Notes: generated from the letters alone by a model not told the origin. 64,000 nucleotides of DNA from Candidatus Multivorans sp. (GCA_965224025.1 OZ245033.1:2880001-2944000); one strand, 5' to 3'. Positions 50,140-60,621 are shown, numbered from the stretch's first letter. Program-made: numbers and translations.

Positions 50140-50822
50140 CGGGCCGGCGCCGACAGCCGTGCAGGTGGACCTGGAGTTGCTGCGCGGCGCGCCGGCGCGG
50201 CTGGAAGTGCCGACTCCCGACGGCAGCGTCCTGTCCGCCGAACGGAGCGTGTTCGAGGACCGGGGCGGCGGCGACCTGATGTGGTCCGGCGGTCAGCCCG
50301 GCGCGGGGTACGACACGGTGGTGCTGACGGTGGAGGGCGGCCGGCTGGTGGGCCGCTTCGGGGCGGCCGGCGGCGGGGCGTACCAGATCCACGCGGAGCG
50401 GGACGGCCGCGGCGGCCGAGAACTGGGCTGGCCGCGGCGGCGCCCGCCGGTTCCTGCCGTTTCGATGAGGAAACGACTTGCCTTCAGGACTCGCGCTTCG
50501 AGGTGAAGGCGAACTGGTGGAGCGCAGACGGCGAGTCCGGAGCCGGGCGCGTGGTCTACGCGGGCACCAACGACTCGGGCCTGTTCCGGTTCTTCGACCC
50601 CTGAACTGGGAGATCCTGGTCAAGGTGCTGGACGGCTGCGGGATCAACGGGCGAATGTGGGTGCTGGGCGCTGCGACGACGGATCTGGGATACCGGATCG
50701 TGGTCACCGACGCGGTCACCGGCGAGTCGCGGTCGTACGTGAACGAGCCGGGCCGGCCGGCGCCTGCGATCGTCGATACGGAGGCCTTCTCCGGGGCCTG
50801 CGGCGGCGGCGCAGGGCCTTGA
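50140..50822 (+). pseudogene. Fragments of a secreted protein: peptidase pro-region-like piece plus conserved C-terminal domain
   Basis: LEVPTPDG...LMWSG...; CLQDSRFEVKANW...DSGLFRFFDP / NWEILVKVLDGCGING...AATTDLGY...PAPAIVDTEAF. Confidence 0.6.
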
Positions 50823-50916
50823 GCGGTGTGCCGGCGCGGTCGCCCCGCTGGGCCGGCCAGGGCGCAGCGGCTCGATGGGCGTTTGTTGTAAGTACGACTG
50901 GTAGCCTGCCCGCACC

Positions 50917-51285
50917 ATGCCAAGACACTCCGCGGCTCAGGTTCTTGCACTCCCGGCGATCGTCCTCCTCGCGGCCTGCGGCGTTTCCGCGCCGGTCGGC
51001 ACGCCGAACGTGCCGATGGGCTGGGGTACCCACCACGAACTCGAGCTCTACGTCGAGGCCGGCCTGACGCCGATGGAAACCCTCGTCGCGGCCACTGCCA
51101 CGGGCGCCGGCCGCGTGCCGCCGGTCGGCGAGGCGGACTTCGGCACGCTGACTGCCGGCATGAGCGCCGACCTGATCGTGCTGAGCGCCGACCCGCTGGC
51201 CGACATCCGGAACACTCTCCAGATCGACCGCGTGATGCTGCGCGGCGAGTGGGTGAACCGCGACGGGCTCCTGCCGTCGCCCTGA
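50917..51285 (+). pseudogene. Amidohydrolase lipoprotein reduced to signal peptide + C-terminus
   Basis: Lipobox LLAAC fused in frame to HHELELYVEAGLTPME...ADLIVLSADPLADIRNT. Confidence 0.8.
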
Positions 51286-51397
51286 GACAACCCTGAAACC
51301 AGAACGGACCAGCGGGACGTCAGGGGGAGCGACCGATTCGACCGGGCTCCGGGCCGTACCCGGATGCCGACCGGAGGTCGGCGTACCCAGCGAGCGG

Positions 51398-53638
51398 ATG
51401 TGGGCGGTGGTGGCGGTGTACGGCTTGCTGGCCCTCGTCGCCCCGGCCGCGTCGGCGGCCGCTGCTCATCAGGACGGTTCGGGCGGGCCGACGCGGACGG
51501 CGGTCGTGACTACCGTGACGGCGCCGATCCTCATCGACGGCGTCCTCGACGAGACCGCATGGGAATCGTCGCCGAAGATCGGCAACCTGGTGCAACGCAT
51601 ACCGACGGAGGGCGCCGAGCCGAGCGAGAGGACGGAGGTCACGCTGCTTCGCGACGCGGACAACCTCTACATCGGGGTGCTGTGCCATGACTCCGAACCG
51701 CACAGGGTCCTCGCTTCGCAGATGGCCCGCGACGCGTCCCTGGGCCCCGACGACAGCATCGAGCTGCTGCTCGACACCTTTCGCGATCAGAGCAACGCCT
51801 TCTACTTTTCGACGAACCCGAACGGCGCTCTGGTGGACGGTCTGGTGTTCGCGAACGGAGAGACGAACGAAGACTGGGATGCAATCTGGACGGTCGCGAC
51901 GCGGCGCTCGGATCAGGGCTGGAGCGCGGAGTTCGCGATTCCCTTCAAGAGCCTGAACTTTCCCCCGGAAGGGACGGTCTGGGGATTCAACATCAGCCGC
52001 CAGATCCAGCGGAAGTTCGAGGAGGTCCGCTGGGCGGGCGCCCGCTTCGACGCGCAGTTCTTCCAGGTTTCGGAGGCGGGCGAGATCACCGGCATGGGAG
52101 GCCTCGAGCAGGGTCTCAGCCTGGATATCCGGCCTTTCGTCGCGGGCCGCTGGGATCACGGCGCCGCCAGCGGCGACGACAGCCTGCGCGGCAAGCCGGG
52201 GCTCGATCTGTTCTACAACCCGACCCCCAATCTGAAGCTGACCGCCACCTTCAACACGGACTTCGGCGAGACGGAAGTCGACGCACGCCAGATCAACCTG
52301 ACTCGCTTCTCGATCTTCTTTCCCGAGAAGCGGTCGTTCTTCCTGCAGGATGCCGGCGTCTTCAACTTCGCCACCACCGGGGTCGGTCAGCCGGGAGGAA
52401 TCCCCGACACGGGAGCGGAGATCTTCCCGTTCTTCAGCCGCCGGATCGGTCTGCTGGGAGGACGGGAAGTACCGCTGGACTACGGGGTCAAGCTGACCGG
52501 CAGGGTGGGCCGAACCGAGGTCGGCGTCCTCAACGTGGGCACGCGTGACACCTCATTCGTCGAAGACCAGAGCCTGTTCGTGGGGCGGGTCCGGCAGAAC
52601 TTCTGGCAGCAGTCCTACGTCGGCGCTCTCCTCACCAGCGGCAATCCGGCTCTCCCGGCTGACGCCAGCACGATGGGTGTGGACCTGCGCCTGGCCACCT
52701 CCGATGTCCTGGGCAGCGGCCGGAACTTCGTCTTCAACGCCTGGGGTCTCCAGAGCGACAACGAAGGGGTTTCGGAGGAAGGCACTGCCGGCAACGACGC
52801 GGCCTTCGGCTTCGCGGCGGCGTTTCCCAACGACAAGTTCGACGCCCAGGTTCAATGGCGCGAGATCCAGGAGAACTTCGATCCGGCGCTCGGTTTCATT
52901 CAGCGACGCAACGTCCGCATGTTGCGGCTCGGCGCCAGCTTCAACCCGCGGCCGAAGAACCAGTGGCTGGGCATCCAGCAGATGTACCACGACATCTTCT
53001 ACACGGAGTTCACGCGGCTCGACAACGGCTTGGTCGAGAGCCGGGACTTCTACTTCACGATTGTCGACTGGCATTTCCAGTCGGGGGACTCGCTGCACAG
53101 CCTGTTCGACGTGAACCTCAGATACGAGCGCCTGTTCGAGCCGTTCGAGATCTCTCCGGGCGTGGTCCTCCCGCCGGGCGAGTACGACTTCACGCCGCTT
53201 CGGATCTTCTTCAGTTCGGCGCAGAAGCGCAGGCTCCAGGGGAGCTTCGGAGTTACCTTCGGCAGCTTCTGGTCGGGAGACGCCGAGACGTACAGCGCGG
53301 GCCTGAGATACTCCGCGCCGCCACGGTTGACGATTCGAGTGAACACGAGCCAGACCTTCGCGCGCCTGCCGCAGGGTGACTTCGTCGCCAGGATTCACCG
53401 GGCGGAGGTCAACTACGCCGTCTCGCCCAGGCTGTCCTTCGCGAACGTGATCCAGTTCGACAACCGTTCGGGCAATCTCGGTTTCCAGGGCCGGGTGCGC
53501 TGGACCCTCGAACCGGGTAACGACATCTTCTTCATCTTCGGCCAGGGCTGGGTGCAGGAACTCGGCGAGCGTGGTTCCGACTTCCGGCGGCAGGACTCGA
53601 GGCTGGCCGCGAAGGCGCAGTACACGTTCCGGCTCTGA
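51398..53638 (+). CDS. CBM9-like / DUF5916 outer-membrane protein
   Basis: IDGVLDETAW, WSAEFAIPFKSL, NTDFGETEVD, FFPEKRSFF, FFSRRIGL, ends YTFRL. Confidence 0.88.
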   Translation: MWAVVAVYGLLALVAPAASAAAAHQDGSGGPTRTAVVTTVTAPILIDGVLDETAWESSPKIGNLVQRIPTEGAEPSERTEVTLLRDADNLYIGVLCHDSEPHRVLASQMARDASLGPDDSIELLLDTFRDQSNAFYFSTNPNGALVDGLVFANGETNEDWDAIWTVATRRSDQGWSAEFAIPFKSLNFPPEGTVWGFNISRQIQRKFEEVRWAGARFDAQFFQVSEAGEITGMGGLEQGLSLDIRPFVAGRWDHGAASGDDSLRGKPGLDLFYNPTPNLKLTATFNTDFGETEVDARQINLTRFSIFFPEKRSFFLQDAGVFNFATTGVGQPGGIPDTGAEIFPFFSRRIGLLGGREVPLDYGVKLTGRVGRTEVGVLNVGTRDTSFVEDQSLFVGRVRQNFWQQSYVGALLTSGNPALPADASTMGVDLRLATSDVLGSGRNFVFNAWGLQSDNEGVSEEGTAGNDAAFGFAAAFPNDKFDAQVQWREIQENFDPALGFIQRRNVRMLRLGASFNPRPKNQWLGIQQMYHDIFYTEFTRLDNGLVESRDFYFTIVDWHFQSGDSLHSLFDVNLRYERLFEPFEISPGVVLPPGEYDFTPLRIFFSSAQKRRLQGSFGVTFGSFWSGDAETYSAGLRYSAPPRLTIRVNTSQTFARLPQGDFVARIHRAEVNYAVSPRLSFANVIQFDNRSGNLGFQGRVRWTLEPGNDIFFIFGQGWVQELGERGSDFRRQDSRLAAKAQYTFRL

Positions 53639-53700
53639 GGCGGCGGGAATGAGAACGGGCCGCCGGTGGCTCGTGACGAGTCAGCAGCCACACCCGTCCT

Positions 53701-53745
53701 GTTGTCCACTGAACAGTTGACAACGAATCTGTTGTGTGGTCTCAT
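53701..53745 (+). promoter_or_regulatory. Candidate sigma70 promoter overlapped by an imperfect palindrome
   Basis: TTGACA 53717-53722, 17-bp spacer, TGn-TCTCAT 53737-53745; palindrome GTTGTC-C-ACTG-AA-CAGT-T-GACAAC 53701-53724. Confidence 0.45.
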
Positions 53746-53784
53746 CTCCTGCATGTTCCACCGCAACTACGGAGCGCCCGAACC

Positions 53785-55027
53785 ATGAGATCGTCGACAG
53801 GACGTTGGGTATCTGGTGCCGACTTCTTCGGCCGCGAGGCCGAACTCCGTCAACTCAACACCTTGGTCAGGGAACGCAACCACGTCCTCCTGACCGGCCA
53901 GCGCCGTATGGGCAAGAACCAGTATCGTGCGCGAGCTTGGGCAACGTCTCGAGGCTGATGGTTGGCTCTTCCTCTTCGTGGACCTCGAGGGTGCAGGCAG
54001 CCCGGAAGACGCGGTGGCTGACATGGCGCAGGCCGTCTATGCGCACGCCGACGTCGCGCGTCGCTTTGCAGCCGGTGCCGGCCGTTGGTTTCGCCACCGG
54101 TTTGAGGAGGCTGGCGCGGCGGGCTTCCGTTTTCGCGTTCGGGCCGGCCTTGACGCGGGCAGTTGGCGTCGTCATGGCGAACGCCTGTTTCGAGAGTGCG
54201 GCCGTCACGACCGCTCAGTGTTTCTTGCACTCGACGAACTGCCCATCTTTCTCAAGCGCATGTGGCGTCAGGACGGTGGCCCGAGGCGTGTCGATGAGTT
54301 CCTCAGTTGGCTCCGCGGTGTGTTGCAGTCGATGGGCGACGGCGCCCCAGTACTTCTTGTATCGGGGTCGATTGGGCTGGAGCCTCTCCTACGCAAGATC
54401 GGGCTTCCGGACCGGATCAACCACCTCTACGCCGTCCGCCTGCCCCCGTGGGATCGCGATACCAGTATCGCCTGCCTTGAGCGTCTCGCCGAAAGCCATG
54501 ACCTCGACCTGGAGCACGGCGTCGCGGCAGCCGCGTACGAGGCCCTCGGCGTCGGTGTTCCTCACCACGTTCAGGGCTTCTTCGCCCGCCTGCGGGACTT
54601 CGCGACGATCAATGGGCGCCGCAGCGTGACGGTGGCCGATGTCCACACGGTTTACCGGAACGACGTTCTGGGCCCGTCGGGTCAGGCGGACCTGATGCAC
54701 TATGAGACCCGTCTCAAAGAGGCACTCGACGACGAGACCTTCGGCCTCGCCATGGAAATCCTGGCTGAAGCCGCCACACAGGGCACGTTCACACCGTCAG
54801 CGCGCTCCCGCCTGGTGCTTCTGTACTCCAAAGTCGTCGATGACGCCCAGGCGCGGGTCGCCGAGGCGCTGGACGTGCTCGACCACGACGGCTACCTCGA
54901 GCCGACCGCGGCCGGCTACCGGTTTCGACTCCGTCTTCTGCGGGACTGGTGGGTGGCTCGCTTTCGGGACCACCATGTGCCCCTCGAACAGCGAGCCGGA
55001 AGTGATTCCTCCGCCGCAGCTGCGTGA
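53785..55027 (+). CDS. AAA/STAND-like ATPase (+1 frameshift just after Walker A)
   Basis: FFGREAE, LLTGQRRMGK[+1]TSI, LALDELPIF, LVSGSIGL. Confidence 0.75.
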
Positions 55028-57666
55028 TGAAGAGGCGCACCTCGGCCGTCGAAGACCGCCTGCCGACGATCCGTCGGTTCAACCCCGCGGTGCTTCAGTC
55101 CGATCAGGCTGTCATCAACCAGTTCGTCGTTCGGCACCACGAACTGTCCATCGCGTTGGATGTGCTGCGAGGCAACATCGAAGTCCCGTCATCCCAGCAC
55201 GCGCTCGTCGTGGGGCCCCGCGGTCGAGGAAAGACCATGCTCCTCGCCCGCGTCGCGGCGGAGATACGTACTGATGCGGCTCTGTCACAACACCTGATGG
55301 CCGTCCAGTTCATGGAGGAGAACCAGGAGATCTTCAGTTTGGCCGAGTTCTGGCTCGAAACGCTGTTCCAGCTTGCTGGTGCCGTTGCGCCCGGCGATGC
55401 CGCACTGGCCACTGAGTTGAGGGAGAGGCATGCTGCCCTTGCCGGGCGCTGGCGGGATCACGCTCTCGCCGACCTTGCTCGTGCCGCCGTGCTCGATGGG
55501 GCTGACCGTCTTGACCGACGGTTGGTGCTGATGATCGAGAACTTCCAGTCGCTTTGTCGGCAGGCTGACCCCGACTTCGGATGGCAGCTTAGGGAAGTCC
55601 TGCAGTCAGTGCCGGAGGTCATCCTGCTTGGCTCGGCTACAAGCCGCTTCCAAGCACTAGAGGATGTCGAGGAGCCTTTCTTCGAGATGTTCCGCATCGT
55701 AGATCTGAAGCCTCTCGAGACGGATGAGTGCCGGCGCCTTTGGGAGATGGCCCGCGGTGAACGGGTGTTCGCTTCCGATGTCAGGCCGCTCCAAATCCTG
55801 ACCGGAGGGAGCCCGCGCTTTCTCGTCTTCCTGGCTGGCTTCGCCCGTCACAAATCACTGGGAAGTTTGATGGAAGAAGTCGTCACCATCGTCGATCAAC
55901 ACACCGAGTATTTCCGCGGTTATCTAGACAATCTGCCGCGCGGCGAACGCCGGGTCTTCATTGCGCTGATTGACCTCTGGGCGCCTGCCACCGCCGGAGA
56001 AATTGCCGTGCGTGCCCGCATGGACATCCGGGTGGTGTCGACCATGCTGGCGCGGCTCATCAACAGGGGAGCCGTCTTGACGGATCCGAACAGTCCGCGG
56101 CGAGGGCGTCTCTACTCCGCCGCAGAGCCCCTGTACAGCATCTACTACAAGTTGCGTCGCGAACGGGATGGTGCCGCCGTCGTCGAGAGCTTGGTCCATT
56201 TCATGGTGGCCCTCTACGAAGTCGGCTTGTTCTGGCGCCTTCGGAACTCGTTGGCGGCTGAACTCTCCGATTCGGTCTCGCTTCACACCGGCTTCGAAAG
56301 GGCGCTTGAAAGGCGGCCGGCTGATCTCGATCTACCGTGCAGGATGAAGTGGGATGCGGTCGAGGACATCGTCGGGACTGCCCGAAACGATCGGCTTGCT
56401 GACGCCGAGATTCGGCTTGACAAGGAGATCGGCGAAGCCATCGATCGAGGCGCCTGGAAGGAGATCCACTCCGCCATCGACGGCTACGTTGCCGCGGTGC
56501 GGCCATTCAAGAGCGTCGACAACGACCACGACGCTGTCTACTTCGCACACATGCGCACGCTGGCTCACATGAATCTCCACGACTTCGCGAAGGTCATCGA
56601 GATCGCGCAGGAGACCATGGACCGCTTCCGCAACACGCGAAATGTCTTCGTCTGGTTTCGGTCGGCCAGCGTGCTGTTGCACAAGGCCGCCGCTCACCTG
56701 AATCTTGGCGACTATCCGGCTGCAGTTGCCGCAGCGAGTGAACTCATTGAGTGGGTGGCGGATGGTGAGGGCCCTGATGTCGAACGACTTGGCTCGCAAG
56801 CCCAGCTCTATTGGGCGAGAGCCGAAGCGGCTCAGGGCTACATCGGAGCGGCGTTCAGAAGGTTCGAGTCGCTGTTGGAGCGCTTTGGCAGTTCCGCGCA
56901 TGCCGATACGCGGAAGGTCGTCGTCAGGGCATTGCTCCTCTATGCGGAAACCATGCGAAGCGCACGCTGCGACACTCTGCGTATCAGCGCGCTTTACGAA
57001 GAGGCCGTCCACCGTATTGATGCGCTCGGCGTGGAGGAGGTTAGGGAGCTAGCCAGAGATGCCTTCCTGAACGCTGCTCTAGCGCGGGCGGACGTGGGCG
57101 ACTTCAATGGCGAGATACTCGCGTACCGGAAACTCATCGCCGTCTTCGAGTCCAGTGGCGATTCAGCCTTGGATGTCGAGGTGACAGTCGCGCAAGCCCT
57201 CATGAGCATGCGTCAGGCCGAGATGGGGAAAACCGAGCAAGCTCTCGCGGCGGTGCCGTCGCTCCGAGCCCGACTCCGGGCTGCGCCGGACGACATTCGG
57301 AAACGGTTCGAGTGGTGGGCGACCGGCGTCGCAGCAATGGCCAATACTGCGGGGGGTGACGGTGATGCGGCTCGTGAGGCCCTTCGCCGAACCTTCGCAG
57401 CGTTCCGGCCTTGTGACGAGTTGGCGACCCGGTTCATGCTTCGTTTCGTGTCTAACCTGCTGGCTGTCGGCGGCTCCGAATCCGACCTTCTCGACATCCT
57501 TGCCTCGGAACCCAGCGCGCCGGGAAACCTCGCACCGCTGATCGTCGCTCTGCAGCTATCGACCGGCGAGGCAGTCCGCGCCCCTGTAGAGATACTCGCA
57601 GTGGCGTCCGATCTGCGAAAGCAGATCGACGAACGCGCCGCCGAAGGCGGGCTGACGAGTTGGTAG
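55024..57666 (+). CDS. ATPase - winged helix - TPR-like protein
   Basis: GPRGRGKT, LMIENF, LTGGSPR, TAGEIAVRARMDIRVVSTMLARL, helical repeat C-terminus; GTGA overlap with the upstream gene. Confidence 0.8.
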   Translation: MMKRRTSAVEDRLPTIRRFNPAVLQSDQAVINQFVVRHHELSIALDVLRGNIEVPSSQHALVVGPRGRGKTMLLARVAAEIRTDAALSQHLMAVQFMEENQEIFSLAEFWLETLFQLAGAVAPGDAALATELRERHAALAGRWRDHALADLARAAVLDGADRLDRRLVLMIENFQSLCRQADPDFGWQLREVLQSVPEVILLGSATSRFQALEDVEEPFFEMFRIVDLKPLETDECRRLWEMARGERVFASDVRPLQILTGGSPRFLVFLAGFARHKSLGSLMEEVVTIVDQHTEYFRGYLDNLPRGERRVFIALIDLWAPATAGEIAVRARMDIRVVSTMLARLINRGAVLTDPNSPRRGRLYSAAEPLYSIYYKLRRERDGAAVVESLVHFMVALYEVGLFWRLRNSLAAELSDSVSLHTGFERALERRPADLDLPCRMKWDAVEDIVGTARNDRLADAEIRLDKEIGEAIDRGAWKEIHSAIDGYVAAVRPFKSVDNDHDAVYFAHMRTLAHMNLHDFAKVIEIAQETMDRFRNTRNVFVWFRSASVLLHKAAAHLNLGDYPAAVAAASELIEWVADGEGPDVERLGSQAQLYWARAEAAQGYIGAAFRRFESLLERFGSSAHADTRKVVVRALLLYAETMRSARCDTLRISALYEEAVHRIDALGVEEVRELARDAFLNAALARADVGDFNGEILAYRKLIAVFESSGDSALDVEVTVAQALMSMRQAEMGKTEQALAAVPSLRARLRAAPDDIRKRFEWWATGVAAMANTAGGDGDAAREALRRTFAAFRPCDELATRFMLRFVSNLLAVGGSESDLLDILASEPSAPGNLAPLIVALQLSTGEAVRAPVEILAVASDLRKQIDERAAEGGLTSW

Positions 57667-57811
57667 CCCTCCCGCCTGCGTTCATTGGGCGCCCGCCGTC
57701 CCGCCCTGGCCGGCCGGTCGCCCGATTTTCACCAGCAAGTAAAGCCCATCGCGCCTTGTTGGACGCGCGCGTCACCGCTCTCACTGCGACACGCTCTTCT
57801 GCCATGGGCTG

Positions 57812-59853
57812 CTAGCCGGAACTTCACGGTCGATTTCCGGCGTCGTTTGGCGGCAGATCGTTGATGGCAGTTGGTTTTCGGGCACTTGGGGCTGGTCCAG
57901 GAGCGGGATATTTGTTTACATGCAAATCAGTGCGAACATGTAGATAGATCTATGTATTACCGGTAGGATTCTCGCCACAGCCTGTTTACATGCTGGCTAA
58001 GGCGACATGTCCTTCCGCATCGATGTCATCTCCAACCGCGGCCGCTCGCCGCAGACTCTGCTCCGGCAGTCCTGGCGAGAAGGCAAGCGCGTACGACACA
58101 AGACGGTCGCAAACCTCACCAAGCTCCCGCCGCACGTAGTGGACGGATTCCGCGCCGTGCTCAAGGGCGGCGCCGTCTTCACCGTCATCGACCAGGCCGT
58201 CTCGATCCGAAGGGCCCTCCTGCACGGCCACGTCGCCGCCATCCTCGGCGTCGCCCGGAAGCTCGGACTCCCGCGCATCCTCGACCGCAAGAGCACACGC
58301 CGCGGCAAGCTCGCTCTCGCCGCCGTCGTCGCCCGCATCATCGACCCTGGCTCGAAGCTCTCCACCGCACGGCATCTCTCGCCGGATACGGCCGCCTCGA
58401 GTCTCGGGACCGTCCTCGGACTCGGGCGCGTCACCGGCAACGAGATGCTCGCCATGCTCGACTGGCTTCACTCTCGGCAGCGTCACATCGAAGCCAGTCT
58501 CGCGAGGAGGCATCTCGCCGGAGGCACACTGATCCTCTACGACGTCAGCTCGAGCTTCGTGGAGGGCAGATGCTGCCCGCTCGCCGCCTTCGGCCACAAC
58601 CGGGACGGGAAGAAAGGCAAGAAGCAGATCACCTACGGGCTTCTCTGCAGCGCCGACGGATGCCCAGTGGCCGTCGAGGTGTTCTCCGGCAACGTCAGCG
58701 ACCCGTCCACGGTCAGCGCTCAGGTGCTCAAGCTCCGCAAGCGCTTTCGCATCGAGCGGATCGCGCTCGTCGGGGATCGGGGCATGCTCACCAGCGCGCG
58801 CATCCGCGAGGACGTCGAGCCCGCCGGCCTCGACTGGATATCGGCACTGAAGACGACCGAGATCCGAAAGCTCCTCGTCACGCGAGACCCCGAGGAGAAT
58901 GCCCGGCCGCCGCTTCGCCCGGAGGATCTCGTGGCCGATCAGGTGGCCGAAATCACCAGCCCGGACTTCCCCGGCGAGCGCCTCATGGTCTGCTTGAACC
59001 CGCGTCTGCGTGAAGAACGGGCGCGAAAACGCGAGGACCTGCTTGCAGCAACCGATGCCGCCCTCGCCGAAATCGACGCAAGTGCCCGGAGGCGACGGCC
59101 CGGAGCAAGCAACCGAGACCGCATCCACGCCGCGGTCGGCGAACAGGCCAACCGGTGGAAGGTGCGCAAGCACTTCGACATCGAGGTGCGCGACGACGGA
59201 ATCAGTTGGGAGCGCAAACAGGAGAAGATCGACGCCGAGGCCCGGCTCGACGGCGTCTACATCATACGCACCAGCCTCTCGGGCGCCGCCATCGACGCCG
59301 AGCAGACGGTCGAGGCCTACAAGGCGCTCGCACGCGTTGAACGAGCCTTCCGGGCGATCAAGACCGACCGCCTCCAAGTGCGTCCGATCCATGTCTACGC
59401 GGAGAACCGGGTACGGGCACATGTCTTCCTCTGCATGCTCGCCTGGTACCTGGAATGGCACATGCGCCGCACGCTCGCGCCGCTCCTCTTCGAGGACGAC
59501 GATCCCGAAGGTGCCCGCGCCAAGCGATCCACACCGGTCGAAAAGGCTCGACCGTCCGACAGCGCCAAAAGGAAGACCGCATCCAAAACCACGCCCGACG
59601 GCCTCCCCGTCCAGGCCATGTCCGATCTCCTGAACCACCTCGGAAGCCTGACCCTCAACGAGGTCACCCTCCCAGGTCAGCCCGACAGCCGGTTCATGGT
59701 CACCGCCGAACCGACGCCACTACAGGAAAAGGCCTTCCAACTCCTCAAACTCCCAGCGAAACCCGTGTTTACAGCAGTCTGACACCGCAATCTGGAGATC
59801 CTGCCCGTGTCTACTGCCGCTTCTGCGTCCAGGCCAAGTGAAGTTCCGGCTAG
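57812..59853 (+). mobile_element. IS1634-family insertion sequence
   Basis: Inverted repeats CTAGCCGGAACTTCAC / GTGAAGTTCCGGCTAG (extendable to 20 bp, 57808-59857). Confidence 0.92.
58007..59782 (+). CDS. IS1634 DDE transposase
   Basis: LYDVSSSF, VEVFSGNVSD, VGDRGM, YKALARVERAFR, RVRAHVFLCMLAWY. Confidence 0.93.
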   Translation: MSFRIDVISNRGRSPQTLLRQSWREGKRVRHKTVANLTKLPPHVVDGFRAVLKGGAVFTVIDQAVSIRRALLHGHVAAILGVARKLGLPRILDRKSTRRGKLALAAVVARIIDPGSKLSTARHLSPDTAASSLGTVLGLGRVTGNEMLAMLDWLHSRQRHIEASLARRHLAGGTLILYDVSSSFVEGRCCPLAAFGHNRDGKKGKKQITYGLLCSADGCPVAVEVFSGNVSDPSTVSAQVLKLRKRFRIERIALVGDRGMLTSARIREDVEPAGLDWISALKTTEIRKLLVTRDPEENARPPLRPEDLVADQVAEITSPDFPGERLMVCLNPRLREERARKREDLLAATDAALAEIDASARRRRPGASNRDRIHAAVGEQANRWKVRKHFDIEVRDDGISWERKQEKIDAEARLDGVYIIRTSLSGAAIDAEQTVEAYKALARVERAFRAIKTDRLQVRPIHVYAENRVRAHVFLCMLAWYLEWHMRRTLAPLLFEDDDPEGARAKRSTPVEKARPSDSAKRKTASKTTPDGLPVQAMSDLLNHLGSLTLNEVTLPGQPDSRFMVTAEPTPLQEKAFQLLKLPAKPVFTAV

Positions 59854-59943
59854 CAGCTGGTGCGTGGGTTGGTCGTTCCGAACGCCGGTGTGACAGCATT
59901 CGGAGTGTAGGCACCGGGTAGCCCCAGTCATCGGAGGCAGTTC

Positions 59944-60552
59944 ATGAGCATTCTCACCATCGTGGTTCTGGCCGGTCTGGTCCTCCTCGCCGTCATCTTC
60001 GGTGCGTCGCTGATCGGGACCTTCAACAAGCTCGTCACGCTGAAGAACCGCTACCAGAACGCGTTCGCGCAGATCGAGGTCCAGCTCAAGCGGCGCTACG
60101 ACCTGATCCCGAACATGGTCGAGGTGGCGAAGGGCTACATGAAGCACGAGCGGGAGACCCTGGAGGCGGTGATCCAGGCCCGGAACATGGCCGCCGGCGG
60201 ACTGGAGCAGGCGGCCGCGAACCCAGGCGACGCCGCGGCGATCCAGGGTCTCGCCTCGGCTGAAGGCGTTCTCACCGGCACCCTCGGCCGCCTCTTTGCG
60301 TTGGCTGAGGCCTACCCCGATCTGAAGGCCAACCAGAACATGATGCAGGTGAGCGAAGAGTTGCGCTCGACGGAGAACAAGGTCGCTTTCTCGCGCCAGG
60401 CGTTCAACGACGCCGTGACCGTGTACAACACGTTCAAGCAGAGGTTCCCGGCGGTAATGATCGCCGGGATGTTCGGTCACGGCCAGGATGCGACGCTGCT
60501 GGAGTTCGACAGCGAGGCGATCGCCGAAGCGCCAGAGATTTCGTTCGAGTGA
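59944..60552 (+). CDS. lemA: LemA family protein
   Basis: QIEVQLKRRYDLIPN, HERETLE, EAYPDLKANQN, STENKVAFSRQAFND. Confidence 0.95.
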   Translation: MSILTIVVLAGLVLLAVIFGASLIGTFNKLVTLKNRYQNAFAQIEVQLKRRYDLIPNMVEVAKGYMKHERETLEAVIQARNMAAGGLEQAAANPGDAAAIQGLASAEGVLTGTLGRLFALAEAYPDLKANQNMMQVSEELRSTENKVAFSRQAFNDAVTVYNTFKQRFPAVMIAGMFGHGQDATLLEFDSEAIAEAPEISFE

Positions 60553-60591
60553 GCCGGTTTGGGCGGCGGTCCCGTGCCCGGCGCTCTGTCG

Positions 60592-60621
60592 CGGATGCGG
60601 GCAAGATGCCCGCGTTCCCAG
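60592..60621. repeat. REP-like palindrome
   Basis: CGGATGCGGGCAAGATGCCCGCGTTCCCAG. Confidence 0.7.
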
